A stretch of 62,263 nt of DNA, counting the filler. It is 3 parts of 3 records of this genome, joined end to end, with 100 filler letters (N's around TTAATTAATTAA, not from the genome) between each part and the next. Parts side by side here need not be neighbours in the genome. Positions count along the whole stretch, not along the records: positions 1 to 22,437 come from DRR723986_4002; 2 more parts are not named here. One strand, written 5' to 3'. The notes under the pieces were generated by a model. The model was not told the DNA's origin and searched no databases. It saw only the letters and a program-made list of their open reading frames with translations. Positions within the stretch are counted from its first letter, which is position 1; every line of letters begins with the position of its first letter. A program made the position numbers and the translations under genes. This document shows positions 9,331 to 18,600 of this stretch, in pieces.

Positions 9331-9849
9331 CTACGCGTAACCTATCTTAACTAACTGGTGTTCGCTCTGTTGCTTCTTGAGAAAAGACTCCATTGAGGGT
9401 GAAAGCGGTGCTTCAACTGCAAAATCACCAAATGTTTCTAGAAAATAGTACTTCCAGTATTTTTGTAGCAACCCCTGATTTCGAGCAAATGGATGGATCC
9501 AAACCCAGCATAATACCCAGGTATCTTTAATTTTTCGGAAACAGCAACCTCCCATACATCTGGTTGGCATACTTTTTTGTCCATCCGTACACATGTCTAA
9601 GGCGCGGGATGTAAACAGGAAGCCTGCACAATTGCTGTCATGCTCATTTGCATAATATTGAACGTTGTCATAGTGCATTTCGCTTTTGAAGTAGCGAGCG
9701 AATCGCTCCAATGCTTGTCTTTCTGAAAGACGGCTCTCAGGCGAAACCGCTCTCAGCGCAAGATCTCTCAAGGCGGGCCCTGAAGGGGCGACTACAGAAC
9801 TTAACCACTCATCAAAAACTGGCAACGCGATCGTGTATTTATCGTTCAT
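9331..9849 (-). CDS. Hypothetical protein, GNAT-like C-terminal region
   Basis: 172-aa ORF; WVWIHPFARNQGLL resembles the acetyl-CoA-binding motif A. Confidence 0.55.
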   Translation of the reverse strand: MNDKYTIALPVFDEWLSSVVAPSGPALRDLALRAVSPESRLSERQALERFARYFKSEMHYDNVQYYANEHDSNCAGFLFTSRALDMCTDGQKSMPTRCMGGCCFRKIKDTWVLCWVWIHPFARNQGLLQKYWKYYFLETFGDFAVEAPLSPSMESFLKKQQSEHQLVKIGYA

Positions 9850-9953
9850 CTAACCACCTGAGTAATATGGCAACCTGTGTAAACGTCTCTTTTCATTTGT
9901 CCTTTGGGTCAGAGTCATTCCTGCCCATTAGTATGAGGTCCCACTAAGAACCG

Positions 9954-10208
9954 CTAAGAAACTGCCCCCTCGCCCCACTTGCGCAAGAGGTTCCGGATCT
10001 TTTGCACACCGGCTTTAGTTTCCAGGAGGGATGCCGGGCTGCGATCGCCGAGAATTTTAAGCGGTGACGATAGCCACTTCTCAGCAGCAGTCCTATCTCC
10101 CTCGAATAGCTCCAGGATTTCCCGATAAACGAGATCCCGGAGTTCAGCAACTGTGTACTCTTCAGTCAAATCAAATGCTCCCCTCTGATTTCCAAACCAG
10201 TTTTGCAT
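9954..10208 (-). CDS. MbcA/ParS/Xre antitoxin C-terminal domain protein (DUF2384-like)
   Basis: LFEGDRTAAEKWLSSPLKILGDRSPASLLETKAGVQKIRNLL. Confidence 0.8.
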   Translation of the reverse strand: MQNWFGNQRGAFDLTEEYTVAELRDLVYREILELFEGDRTAAEKWLSSPLKILGDRSPASLLETKAGVQKIRNLLRKWGEGAVS

Positions 10209-10258
10209 GATCTGCCCTTGCTGCAAGCATAAAGTCAGGTCACAAGCTGGATAGCCAG

Positions 10259-11824
10259 TCATAGCTGAGGATACGTTGCTCTGGAGAGCATCATGAAAAC
10301 AAAGTCGAGGTTTTCTTCAGTTGGTTCTTTATCCCGCAACCAACGGATTGATATCCCCAGGTACCTGGCCCATTCCACTCCTTTCTTAAATCGTCGCTTT
10401 TGATTGTTCTTTGCGCAAGCTTCAAGGTATTGATTCACCAGTTTGTACTGCGCTCGACCTGCACGATACTTTGCCTGCTCGAAAGCCTGTTCGAATAGAT
10501 CCATTGCGGCTGAGTAATCCTCGGATCTGTAAGCTATCGCTGCATCAATCCAGGAGGCTAACCAGGAGAGTTGGTCTTCGAGATCGTGGCTGTGCAGGTC
10601 TTGTTTGAATTCCTCCGAATCAGATGTGTTTGTAGCCGGATTGTTCTTGATATCTAGCCCTCTGAGTAGCAACTGTTTGAAATCCTCGGTTACATGCCAT
10701 CGCTTTGCCTGAGCGATCGGATACAGTTCGGATATGACAGGGTAACGTCCCAGCTTTTCCGTCAGGGCATGAATGACCGGGGGCTTAAAAGGGTTGGCGG
10801 GTGATGCGGCACGCAGCCTTTTGAGAGTTTCACTTGCTTCGTGTTTTTTGAAGTAGAAAAACCTCATGTACTGGGCGTAGGCGTTATCCCAAGTGTGGGC
10901 ATCGATCTCGGAAAGATCTTCCGTCCCCTTCGCATTCATTATTTCCGATTTGAACTCCGTTACCTCTGGTTTCAGGCTTCGGGCAAGGTCACTACAGTCG
11001 TTCGTTAGCTGGGTGAGTATCTCAAGGCCATAGGTTTCGTGGATCTCCCGGCAGATAGCAGTCGAGACTCGGGCCACCAACAGAAGCAGAGGGGTTGATT
11101 TCACCAGGTCAGGATCGTCTCTTATTCCGACTTCTCGTCCGCGAATTGATTGCGAGAAATTTGAAAGCAGTCCCGGGAGGGAGGGCATGCTCTCACCGCG
11201 CACCCAATTCCTCGCATTCTCCAAATTTCGTTCATAGATGAAGTTGTCAGATTGGGGTGTTTTACCTGGGTAATGAAATTGCGTTTGGCTTGAGTCTGCT
11301 TGCTGGTAGATCCACCTCATTACCCGGGCCAATGGCCAGGTGATTTCGGAGCTATCCTGAATTTCTGGTAGGAACCAATCCGGCTCTATCGGCACCAGTC
11401 CATAGCGACAGAAAAGCCGGTGTTGTAATGAATGAAAATATGCTGACTCAATTAGCGTCACCATCGCTCGACTGAAACCGAAGTACAGAACGCTCAGATG
11501 CTTTGCTAAAAACGTCCCTTCCTCAGTAATCATGTCGTTATAGGAACGATAGAGATCACGGAGCGTGCCCGTGACCACGTCGCAAACCTCTTGGTCGGCT
11601 ATTTGTGATGCCAGTAACTGGTGAAATGTGCCTAGAGCTTTCTCGAAATTACCAAGCAGTAAGCCCTCTTCATCGCCAAGGCGCTGCAGTAACCGTTGAA
11701 AGCTTTTCTTTGACGTCTCATCGAACTCGTCGCTGGAGTCAGATTTTCGTGGCAGCAGCCCGAAGGCATCGAACGTGAACTGAACGAGTTCGCCCTGGGT
11801 CGGAAAGCATGGATTCTCTGACAT
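10259..11824 (-). CDS. Large helical hypothetical protein with C-terminal TPR-like segment
   Basis: ~521-aa ORF; WIDAAIAYRSEDYSAAMDLFEQAFEQAKY is TPR-like. Confidence 0.7.
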   Translation of the reverse strand: MSENPCFPTQGELVQFTFDAFGLLPRKSDSSDEFDETSKKSFQRLLQRLGDEEGLLLGNFEKALGTFHQLLASQIADQEVCDVVTGTLRDLYRSYNDMITEEGTFLAKHLSVLYFGFSRAMVTLIESAYFHSLQHRLFCRYGLVPIEPDWFLPEIQDSSEITWPLARVMRWIYQQADSSQTQFHYPGKTPQSDNFIYERNLENARNWVRGESMPSLPGLLSNFSQSIRGREVGIRDDPDLVKSTPLLLLVARVSTAICREIHETYGLEILTQLTNDCSDLARSLKPEVTEFKSEIMNAKGTEDLSEIDAHTWDNAYAQYMRFFYFKKHEASETLKRLRAASPANPFKPPVIHALTEKLGRYPVISELYPIAQAKRWHVTEDFKQLLLRGLDIKNNPATNTSDSEEFKQDLHSHDLEDQLSWLASWIDAAIAYRSEDYSAAMDLFEQAFEQAKYRAGRAQYKLVNQYLEACAKNNQKRRFKKGVEWARYLGISIRWLRDKEPTEENLDFVFMMLSRATYPQL

Positions 11825-11873
11825 AGGATCTCTTTGAAAGATTGCCCCCACAGGGAGTGGGGGCTGTTGCGAA

Positions 11874-12026
11874 TCACTTTTTACGTTGGCTTATTTGCTT
11901 GCTCCGGTTGCCATGCACATGGCCATTCGCAGAATTTGTTCCATTGGTGCCATAGTTTGGGTTCAGCTGGTTTGCATGATGATTGACGTCTTGGGTGGAG
12001 CGTTGAGCGGATTTTGACTTTGACAT
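11874..12026 (-). CDS. Small Asn/His-rich basic protein
   Basis: 50 aa (MSKSKSAQRSTQDVNHHANQLNPNYG...) with AAGGAG RBS; co-oriented upstream of the TPR-like gene. Confidence 0.6.
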   Translation of the reverse strand: MSKSKSAQRSTQDVNHHANQLNPNYGTNGTNSANGHVHGNRSKQISQRKK

Positions 12027-12253
12027 ACGGGTCTCCTTCTGTTGATTGCGATTTCGCGGAATCACTGTATCGAGACCCAAGGCTTCTGGATGCAGGAATT
12101 TTGGCGACGATGTTTACCCACCGTCCTCTTATAACGCTCTCCAGGAGAAATGCTGCCGCAACATGAGGGCTTCGCCTGACGGAAAAGCTATTGGGGGACT
12201 CTTGTTGCGTGGTAGTCGCTCAGGTGTGATCGCAGGGATGCCTGCGATCACAC

Positions 12254-12469
12254 CTATGTAATTACTCCATGCTCCAGCCGGCCGATCAATGTTCGCACCT
12301 TTTCGATACCTTTCGGAGTGCTCATTAGTCCCTGAGGAGGTCTATTTCCAAGGCCCCGTTGAGCCGTTCTCATCCATTTCATTGCAGCCAGTTCATCACC
12401 CTCAAATAGGGCTATAGCCTCTTTTATGGCGAGCTCACGCAGTTCTTCTGTAGTTTTTGTTTCAGTCAT
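12254..12469 (-). CDS. MbcA/ParS/Xre antitoxin C-terminal domain protein (DUF2384-like)
   Basis: LFEGDELAAMKWMRTAQRGLGNRPP..LMSTPKGIEKVRTLIGRLEHGV. Confidence 0.85.
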   Translation of the reverse strand: MTETKTTEELRELAIKEAIALFEGDELAAMKWMRTAQRGLGNRPPQGLMSTPKGIEKVRTLIGRLEHGVIT

Positions 12470-12558
12470 TGGCCCGGCACTCCGTTAGCTCAGTTTGTCA
12501 GAAACACCATCCCAGCATTCCACACTTTTCGATCGATGCAAGGCATCTCCAAGCCTTG

Positions 12559-12590
12559 ATTACAGGTTTGTAATTTTTGGTCAAATTACA
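12559..12590. promoter_or_regulatory. Overlapping inverted repeats upstream of the recombinase operon
   Basis: ATTACA-N4-TGTAAT (12559-12574) overlapping TGTAATTT-N6-AAATTACA (12569-12590). Confidence 0.5.
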
Positions 12591-12667
12591 TTTTTACGGA
12601 AATTAGCCAAGAAAAGGTTCGCCTACAGGTCGTCACAATGACTCTCATCACTTTTGAGGAGAGCAGT

Positions 12668-13207
12668 ATGGCTGACCACACCTATGCACTGAAAACGATC
12701 TCGCCTAAGGATGTTGAGGAATCCCCTTTATTGAGGGCTACCCACTTTCTTGAACAATTCGCAGCGCTACCCTTTCGGGCAAGCGCTCTGGATGAGTTGC
12801 CTGAGCCAGCAATCTTGGACTACCTGCACCGCCATCCGATAGTGGTCGAAGAGAGGAAGAAAAAGAAGAAAAAGAACGAAAGGGAGAAGGAGAACAAAAC
12901 CGAGAGCGACCTTATTTACATTGTAACGGGAAATCTGCGATCTGCGGTCTTGATCTCTTGTTTGAACCCTGAGACCCAAATTCCTGTTTTGGTTGAAAGT
13001 CCTCCAATCCCCACCGACATTTTGCTCACTGAAGTGATCGAGCGAGAGCTTTTGAATTTGTCCCTGATGGCAATGCAAACAGGGGGCTATGCCAAAGCTA
13101 TCTCTTCTTTATTTGTCTTCATGAAGAGGTATGGCTCTGCTAGTTCGATCTTCCCTACAAAGAGTCGCTTATCCCAGATCTCTGGCGTGAATCGCAGAGA
13201 GATTTGA
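12668..13207 (+). CDS. Hypothetical protein, ParB/Srx-like N-domain plus C-terminal HTH-like segment
   Basis: HPIVV...YIVTGNLRS...IPVLV pattern; TKSRLSQISGVNRREI end; GAGGAG RBS before ATG 12668. Confidence 0.55.
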   Translation: MADHTYALKTISPKDVEESPLLRATHFLEQFAALPFRASALDELPEPAILDYLHRHPIVVEERKKKKKKNEREKENKTESDLIYIVTGNLRSAVLISCLNPETQIPVLVESPPIPTDILLTEVIERELLNLSLMAMQTGGYAKAISSLFVFMKRYGSASSIFPTKSRLSQISGVNRREI

Positions 13208-13247
13208 GCCAGGAACCTCCGATTATTTATCAAAAGTTAGGGAGTAA

Positions 13248-15620
13248 ATGATGTCCCCGAGTGTTGCGCTTGAGCGGCTTATTCAGCCACCTGAAACCCG
13301 CGCCCAAATCCAGACTGTCGCCACAGCTTTTTTGCCGATTGCGGATCGAATGTCGTCGATTCTTGAGAAAAAGAGTCATCTTAATATGGATGAGCTGCGC
13401 AGGGTATTGCCGGAAATTATTGAGGTTTGTCGGGATATTATCGATGGTTTCTATGTTGACGAATTTTGGCATCCGACCTCTGACGAAAGGCCAAAAATCA
13501 CTCCGTATCCTGTCTATGCCGCATTGCTGAAAATAGGAGAGCAAGGCTTTCTAAACAGCGAGCAAATGTCGATTCTGGCCCAGGTGTTTTTCTCAATCTG
13601 GGTCGGGGTTCCCGAGGCGCCAGATGGAAAAGTTCCGCTCTCGAACCTGCAAAAGGTTTTTCTGGAGTTCCGGCGAGCTCATCTTTGGATGGATGGACTT
13701 GAGAGCGTTGATACCTCGGAGCCCGAAAATTGCTATACCACGCTTGACCAATTGGAACAGCGACTTAGGGAGCGTGGTGACCTGCGAGCGGGGCATTTGT
13801 CGCCTATCCGTCGACTACTAGGACTGTCGTTGCAAAAAGAATCCCTCATTGAGCGGAGTGTGCGAACTGAGACTGAAAACCCGGCTGATACAGATGAGTA
13901 TGAGAATGGGGCCGACAGCGACTTTGAGATGGAGCGAATTCCGATCGATGTTGAAGCAAGTGATGAAAGCGATTCCGCTGCGTTGATTGAGTGCTGCTCT
14001 TTCTCTATTAGGAGTGTTGGAGACCAGGACAAACTATTCCAAACAGCAGAGCGCAATGCACTCCCATCAGATGACCTTGTTCACCGTCCCATGGTTGTAA
14101 CAAGCCAAGGATCCTCAACGCATCGCAACTCTTGGACTGGAAAAAATGGGGTTGCTAGAGATCGCGCAAAATCCGATCAGCTTCGACGTTCTAATCAAAC
14201 GCTGACAAATCGTTGGGAGCGGCCGACGGAGTACGAACTCTATGTTTACTGGAACGCGGTAACTGAGCCTGTTGATGCGGATCTCTCAGCTGCATTGGCA
14301 CTCCTTTTGGTTCTTTTAACTGGGCGAGAGCTAGATTTGGTTCTGGAGACGCAACTGAAATCCCGGCTGGATGATTTGCCGGAACGTGGAGAAAACGGGC
14401 GAATATACATTTGCTATGAGTCTTCAGCTTGGCAAAGCGCCGCCCCGCAACCGGTACGGAAGACGCAGCTTGACGTAGAACTTCGGCACCAATTGGTTCA
14501 GACCGTGCGTTCGGTGCGGATGCCCGTTGTAGTTCCTCTCTGGAACCTGTTGGAACGTCATGTTGGATCTGATCCTCGTGACTGGCGTGGCGCGCTTTTC
14601 AAGAGCAACGAAAAAAAGAATATTGCGGCACGAGTGGATGCCTTGTTTGCTCGAATTAGGACGCAAGCGGACACCAGGCTGACTTTAAAAAGAATTCGAC
14701 GAGCGTTGTTTTACCGTTTGTCTGACGGTGCCGGTGACATGGTTGAGGCGGTTCTCATTGCCGGTGAACACAAGGATGTGAGTCGACATGCCGGAATCCA
14801 CTATTACTGTGCCTATGAATCAGATCTGCAAGAAAGTTACTTGCAGGCTATTTCACAGCTAGTGCCCGAATCTCGTAACACGTTGCATCCGGTAGCATTG
14901 GTGCAATCTGATCGGCGTATCGGTTCCCCTTATTGTCCTACACCTGACGCGCTGAGGCAGCTGGCGACGGATTTGAAAACGCATTTCCAGGTAACTTTGC
15001 GTCAGCCAATCGGGAAATCGACGCTTGCCGATATTCATAATGCATATACGTTATACACGGTCCTTCTTCTTTGCTTGTGCACTGGGTACCGAAGCGTTCA
15101 GGCGCCCCTATCTCGGATTACAGATGTAGATCTAAATCGCAGGTGTGCCGTGATCGCGGACAAGGAAGCCGACTTTTGGAGCCACTCGCGTATTGCACCA
15201 TTGACCGAAAATTTCTTGAGCCACTGGCACTATTATCTGAGCCATCGGCGACATGTGATGCGGATGGTCGAGATGTATCTGGGCGAGCCGGCTCCTGACC
15301 ATACCTTCTTTTTTCTTTCAACACCGAATAGGCGAATGGCAAAGCCGATCGCCGTGACGCCTGATCAGATCGATGAGCACCTGTCGTCATTTTCGAGTTT
15401 GCCGTTGAACGTCGGGCGACACCTCCTGCGTAGTGAGCTTTTACACAGGAGAGTCCCAGCACTATTGGTTGATACCTTGATGGGGCACTGGGTGGCTGGG
15501 AGAGAGCCGATGGGACGGTTTTCGACTTTGTCTCCGGTTGAGTACAAGGAGATTCTGGTGCCGGTGCTGGAGGAAATCCAAATGGAGCTTGGTTGGACGC
15601 CGGTGAGGGGGCTGGGCTAA
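13248..15620 (+). CDS. Large tyrosine-recombinase-family protein (790 aa)
   Basis: C-terminal CTGYR, IADK, NVGRHLLRS, LMGHW; additional degenerate internal LLTGR...KRIRR...HYY. Confidence 0.75.
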   Translation: MMSPSVALERLIQPPETRAQIQTVATAFLPIADRMSSILEKKSHLNMDELRRVLPEIIEVCRDIIDGFYVDEFWHPTSDERPKITPYPVYAALLKIGEQGFLNSEQMSILAQVFFSIWVGVPEAPDGKVPLSNLQKVFLEFRRAHLWMDGLESVDTSEPENCYTTLDQLEQRLRERGDLRAGHLSPIRRLLGLSLQKESLIERSVRTETENPADTDEYENGADSDFEMERIPIDVEASDESDSAALIECCSFSIRSVGDQDKLFQTAERNALPSDDLVHRPMVVTSQGSSTHRNSWTGKNGVARDRAKSDQLRRSNQTLTNRWERPTEYELYVYWNAVTEPVDADLSAALALLLVLLTGRELDLVLETQLKSRLDDLPERGENGRIYICYESSAWQSAAPQPVRKTQLDVELRHQLVQTVRSVRMPVVVPLWNLLERHVGSDPRDWRGALFKSNEKKNIAARVDALFARIRTQADTRLTLKRIRRALFYRLSDGAGDMVEAVLIAGEHKDVSRHAGIHYYCAYESDLQESYLQAISQLVPESRNTLHPVALVQSDRRIGSPYCPTPDALRQLATDLKTHFQVTLRQPIGKSTLADIHNAYTLYTVLLLCLCTGYRSVQAPLSRITDVDLNRRCAVIADKEADFWSHSRIAPLTENFLSHWHYYLSHRRHVMRMVEMYLGEPAPDHTFFFLSTPNRRMAKPIAVTPDQIDEHLSSFSSLPLNVGRHLLRSELLHRRVPALLVDTLMGHWVAGREPMGRFSTLSPVEYKEILVPVLEEIQMELGWTPVRGLG

Positions 15621-18600
15621 TGGGAGACACTGGGGTCAGAAACAAAAACCTTCACGGTGATGAGCTGCGCGAGAAAAAACGCCAACAAATTGCAAAGTCC
15701 GAACGAGACGCCGTGGACCGCATTCTCGACGAAGCGTTTTCAAGGCTAGTGACTGGAGACGTTTCTAGCCCGGTCTCTGAGGGGGTGGTCACTTTTATTT
15801 TTGAGACAGCCTGTGCCGGAGTGACGGGTCACGCACTACGTATCCGTCACAATCACCTGGTGAGGCGTCTAGATGAGATCGCTGGGGAACATGCCATCGA
15901 AATCCCGAACCGAGACCTAATGATAGTTGTCCGGATGGATACGCCGCCGATGACCCCGCGCAGTTTTGCGCATAAATCGGTTTACGAGGTAATTGAAGCA
16001 GACTTCTGGCTCAATCTTCGAAGTGAGGGGTTGAAAGGTGGGCAGCGGTTGAAGCACGACGCCGGCCGACTTGTGTATTCCATGATTTGGTTTGGAGGCC
16101 TGCACTCTCAAAAATTTCTCACGACCATCTGCGGCGCCATCACTGGTGGTCTTCAAACAGCGAAGAGGCACCTTGGAGACAGGAAGCTATATTGGGTGGA
16201 GTTTACCGAAAGCTCGGAATGCTCCCGTTGGTTTCCTGATCCTGTCACGCTGATGCTCCTGCATCGGTTTAATCGCGAGCACGGTTTAAAAGCGTTTCCT
16301 GACAATGCGTCTTCTCTCTTGGCACAGTTCGTTTCACGAATTTCACCCACCCAAAGCAAGATCTCTACCGTCAATCGTTTCGTCCGCAACCTGATGGATG
16401 CAGCCTCGACTAGTGCATCGCTAGACATGATGGGCGTCGCCGGTTTTTTACAAAACGCGGCAGGTGTTTCCGTCTCTATGGGGACTAGCTCGTGGGTTAG
16501 GTTGATTACTGGTCTGGTTCCACCGAGGGCGCACAGCAACCCGCTAGAACCCGCTTCGGAATCGATTTCCACGAAACAATCTTGTCCGCTGTATGGACCG
16601 AAAAACGCAAACGCCAAAGAGGCGATGGAGGCGATTAATCAAGCCTTAGCGCTCGATAAGACTGTCAAGAGGCTCTCCAAAAAAAGTCCGAGCTATAAGG
16701 CACTCATGAAAATTGCCAGTGCGAATTCCTTTTCACCCATCGTCAGGGTCTTGGCTTCATGGTGTGCATTTCTAAGATTTTCTGTGGCAGACAGTTCTCT
16801 ACAACGGTATCTGTCAGAGTTCGCTGAACCACTCATCGCGGAGCTGATTGATGACGAGGATCTGAATGATCTGGATGAGGACGACTGGGAGGGGCTTTAC
16901 GTAGAGCTCCTGAGAGCCAGCTCATCGATTCAACAGCGAGCATACCGTTCTGGGGTTCTTAGACGATTCCATCATTACCTGGTCACGCAACACGGATTGC
17001 CAGATACATATATCGAAGGAGTAAGCAGCAACGGTCAGGTAGATGCAGAGATATTAACGCCTGCGGAGTATGGGCGGACTTTATCTATGCTCGATGATGA
17101 GCCAGATAAGCGGTTATCTGAAGCAACGAAAGTCGCGCTGATACTGGGCTATCGGTGCGGCTTACGGCGAGGGGAAATTCGACGGCTACTTCTCCGGGAT
17201 TTGCAGGGATTGTATGGGCCCGCTTTGTCATTTCCGACTTTGATTGTCAGGGGAAATGGGTATGGCTCCACCAAGACCAGCAATGCCAATCGAGTATTGC
17301 CGTTGTGGGCCCTGCTAACTGATTCTGAGCTGGATCTGGTGCGGCGTTGGTATCGCCGGCGAGTGTTGGAGCAAAGGTCGATAAAGCGCAACGAATTGCT
17401 GCTTTGTGAGTTGCACCAGCCAAATTCTTTGATGCCCGCTGGGAAGTTGATTGACCCGATTCAGGATGCCATGCGATCCGCCTCGGGGACCCCGACTTTG
17501 CGCCTTCATCATTTGCGGCACTCCTGTGCGACGTTTACTGCTCTTCGATTGTTGGAATCTTATCCTGGTGAGCTTTTGTCGGTTGAATGGGCCTGCAGTG
17601 ATGATGGGGAAGTCATCATGCCTCATTGGGGAAAAAACTGGTACGCGGTTTTGTGTGGAGAAGAGCGGTATGTACCTGCTTTCGAAAAACTCCAGTACCT
17701 GACCTTTATGATGGGCCATGCATCTCCCGGACAAACAATTCGAACTTACACCCACCTATTAGATTACGCAGTCGGTTTAATGCGCTGGTCAGTACCGATG
17801 AGCACCCTCACAAATACCTGTCAGGCCGAGCTATTGGGTTTCACTGAAGACAATTTGTACCAATTTCGTAACCGGCGAAGTTTGAGCAAGAACAAAGAGT
17901 CTACGTCAGCCCAACTGGCCGCTGTTTTGGGCCGCTTTACAAAAGACGGAGAAGTAGCGGTAGACAAGTCGTTTACCAGGTTCGAGGTGTCAGGCCCAGC
18001 TGGTGGGCGAGTGCCAGAGAACTCCCAAATGCCAGCGTCGGCTGTTTTGGTTTACCAAGCGCTCTATCATACCTCGCATCTCACAGAGAACGGCGCAAAA
18101 TTAGAGCAAGCGATTGATGGAACAGCAGCATTGTTCGGACTGTCTGAGTCCTGTTTGACTCGCTGTCATACTCGTGGCGAGTGGTTGATGGATCAATCTG
18201 CACGAAAGTTTAAAAAGGAGCACCCTGACCAACGTAATGCATTTTCTTTAAGCAAACGGCCCGACGCCGAAAACGTTGCTCACCGAAATGGAGTGGGTGG
18301 AGTGGACTATCCTGTTCTGCGGGCGTGCCCGGCTCCACCCAAGCTGACGGCATGTCATCCGACTGTCGAGCTAATGTACCAAAGCCTGGTAAAACTTGCT
18401 CAACTAGACGCTGATTGGTTCCGAATCCTTGTAGAAAACGTTGTAAAGGCTGCACAGAGAAGTCATACCCAATTAAAATTCCCTGATACCACGAGGAAGA
18501 AATTATATCTTCAATTCTTAGACGTTATAGATTTTCTCCCACTCGCATGGGTAGATGTGCGGGCGCCTGAAGCCAGTCCTAGTGAAGATCAATTGAAGAA

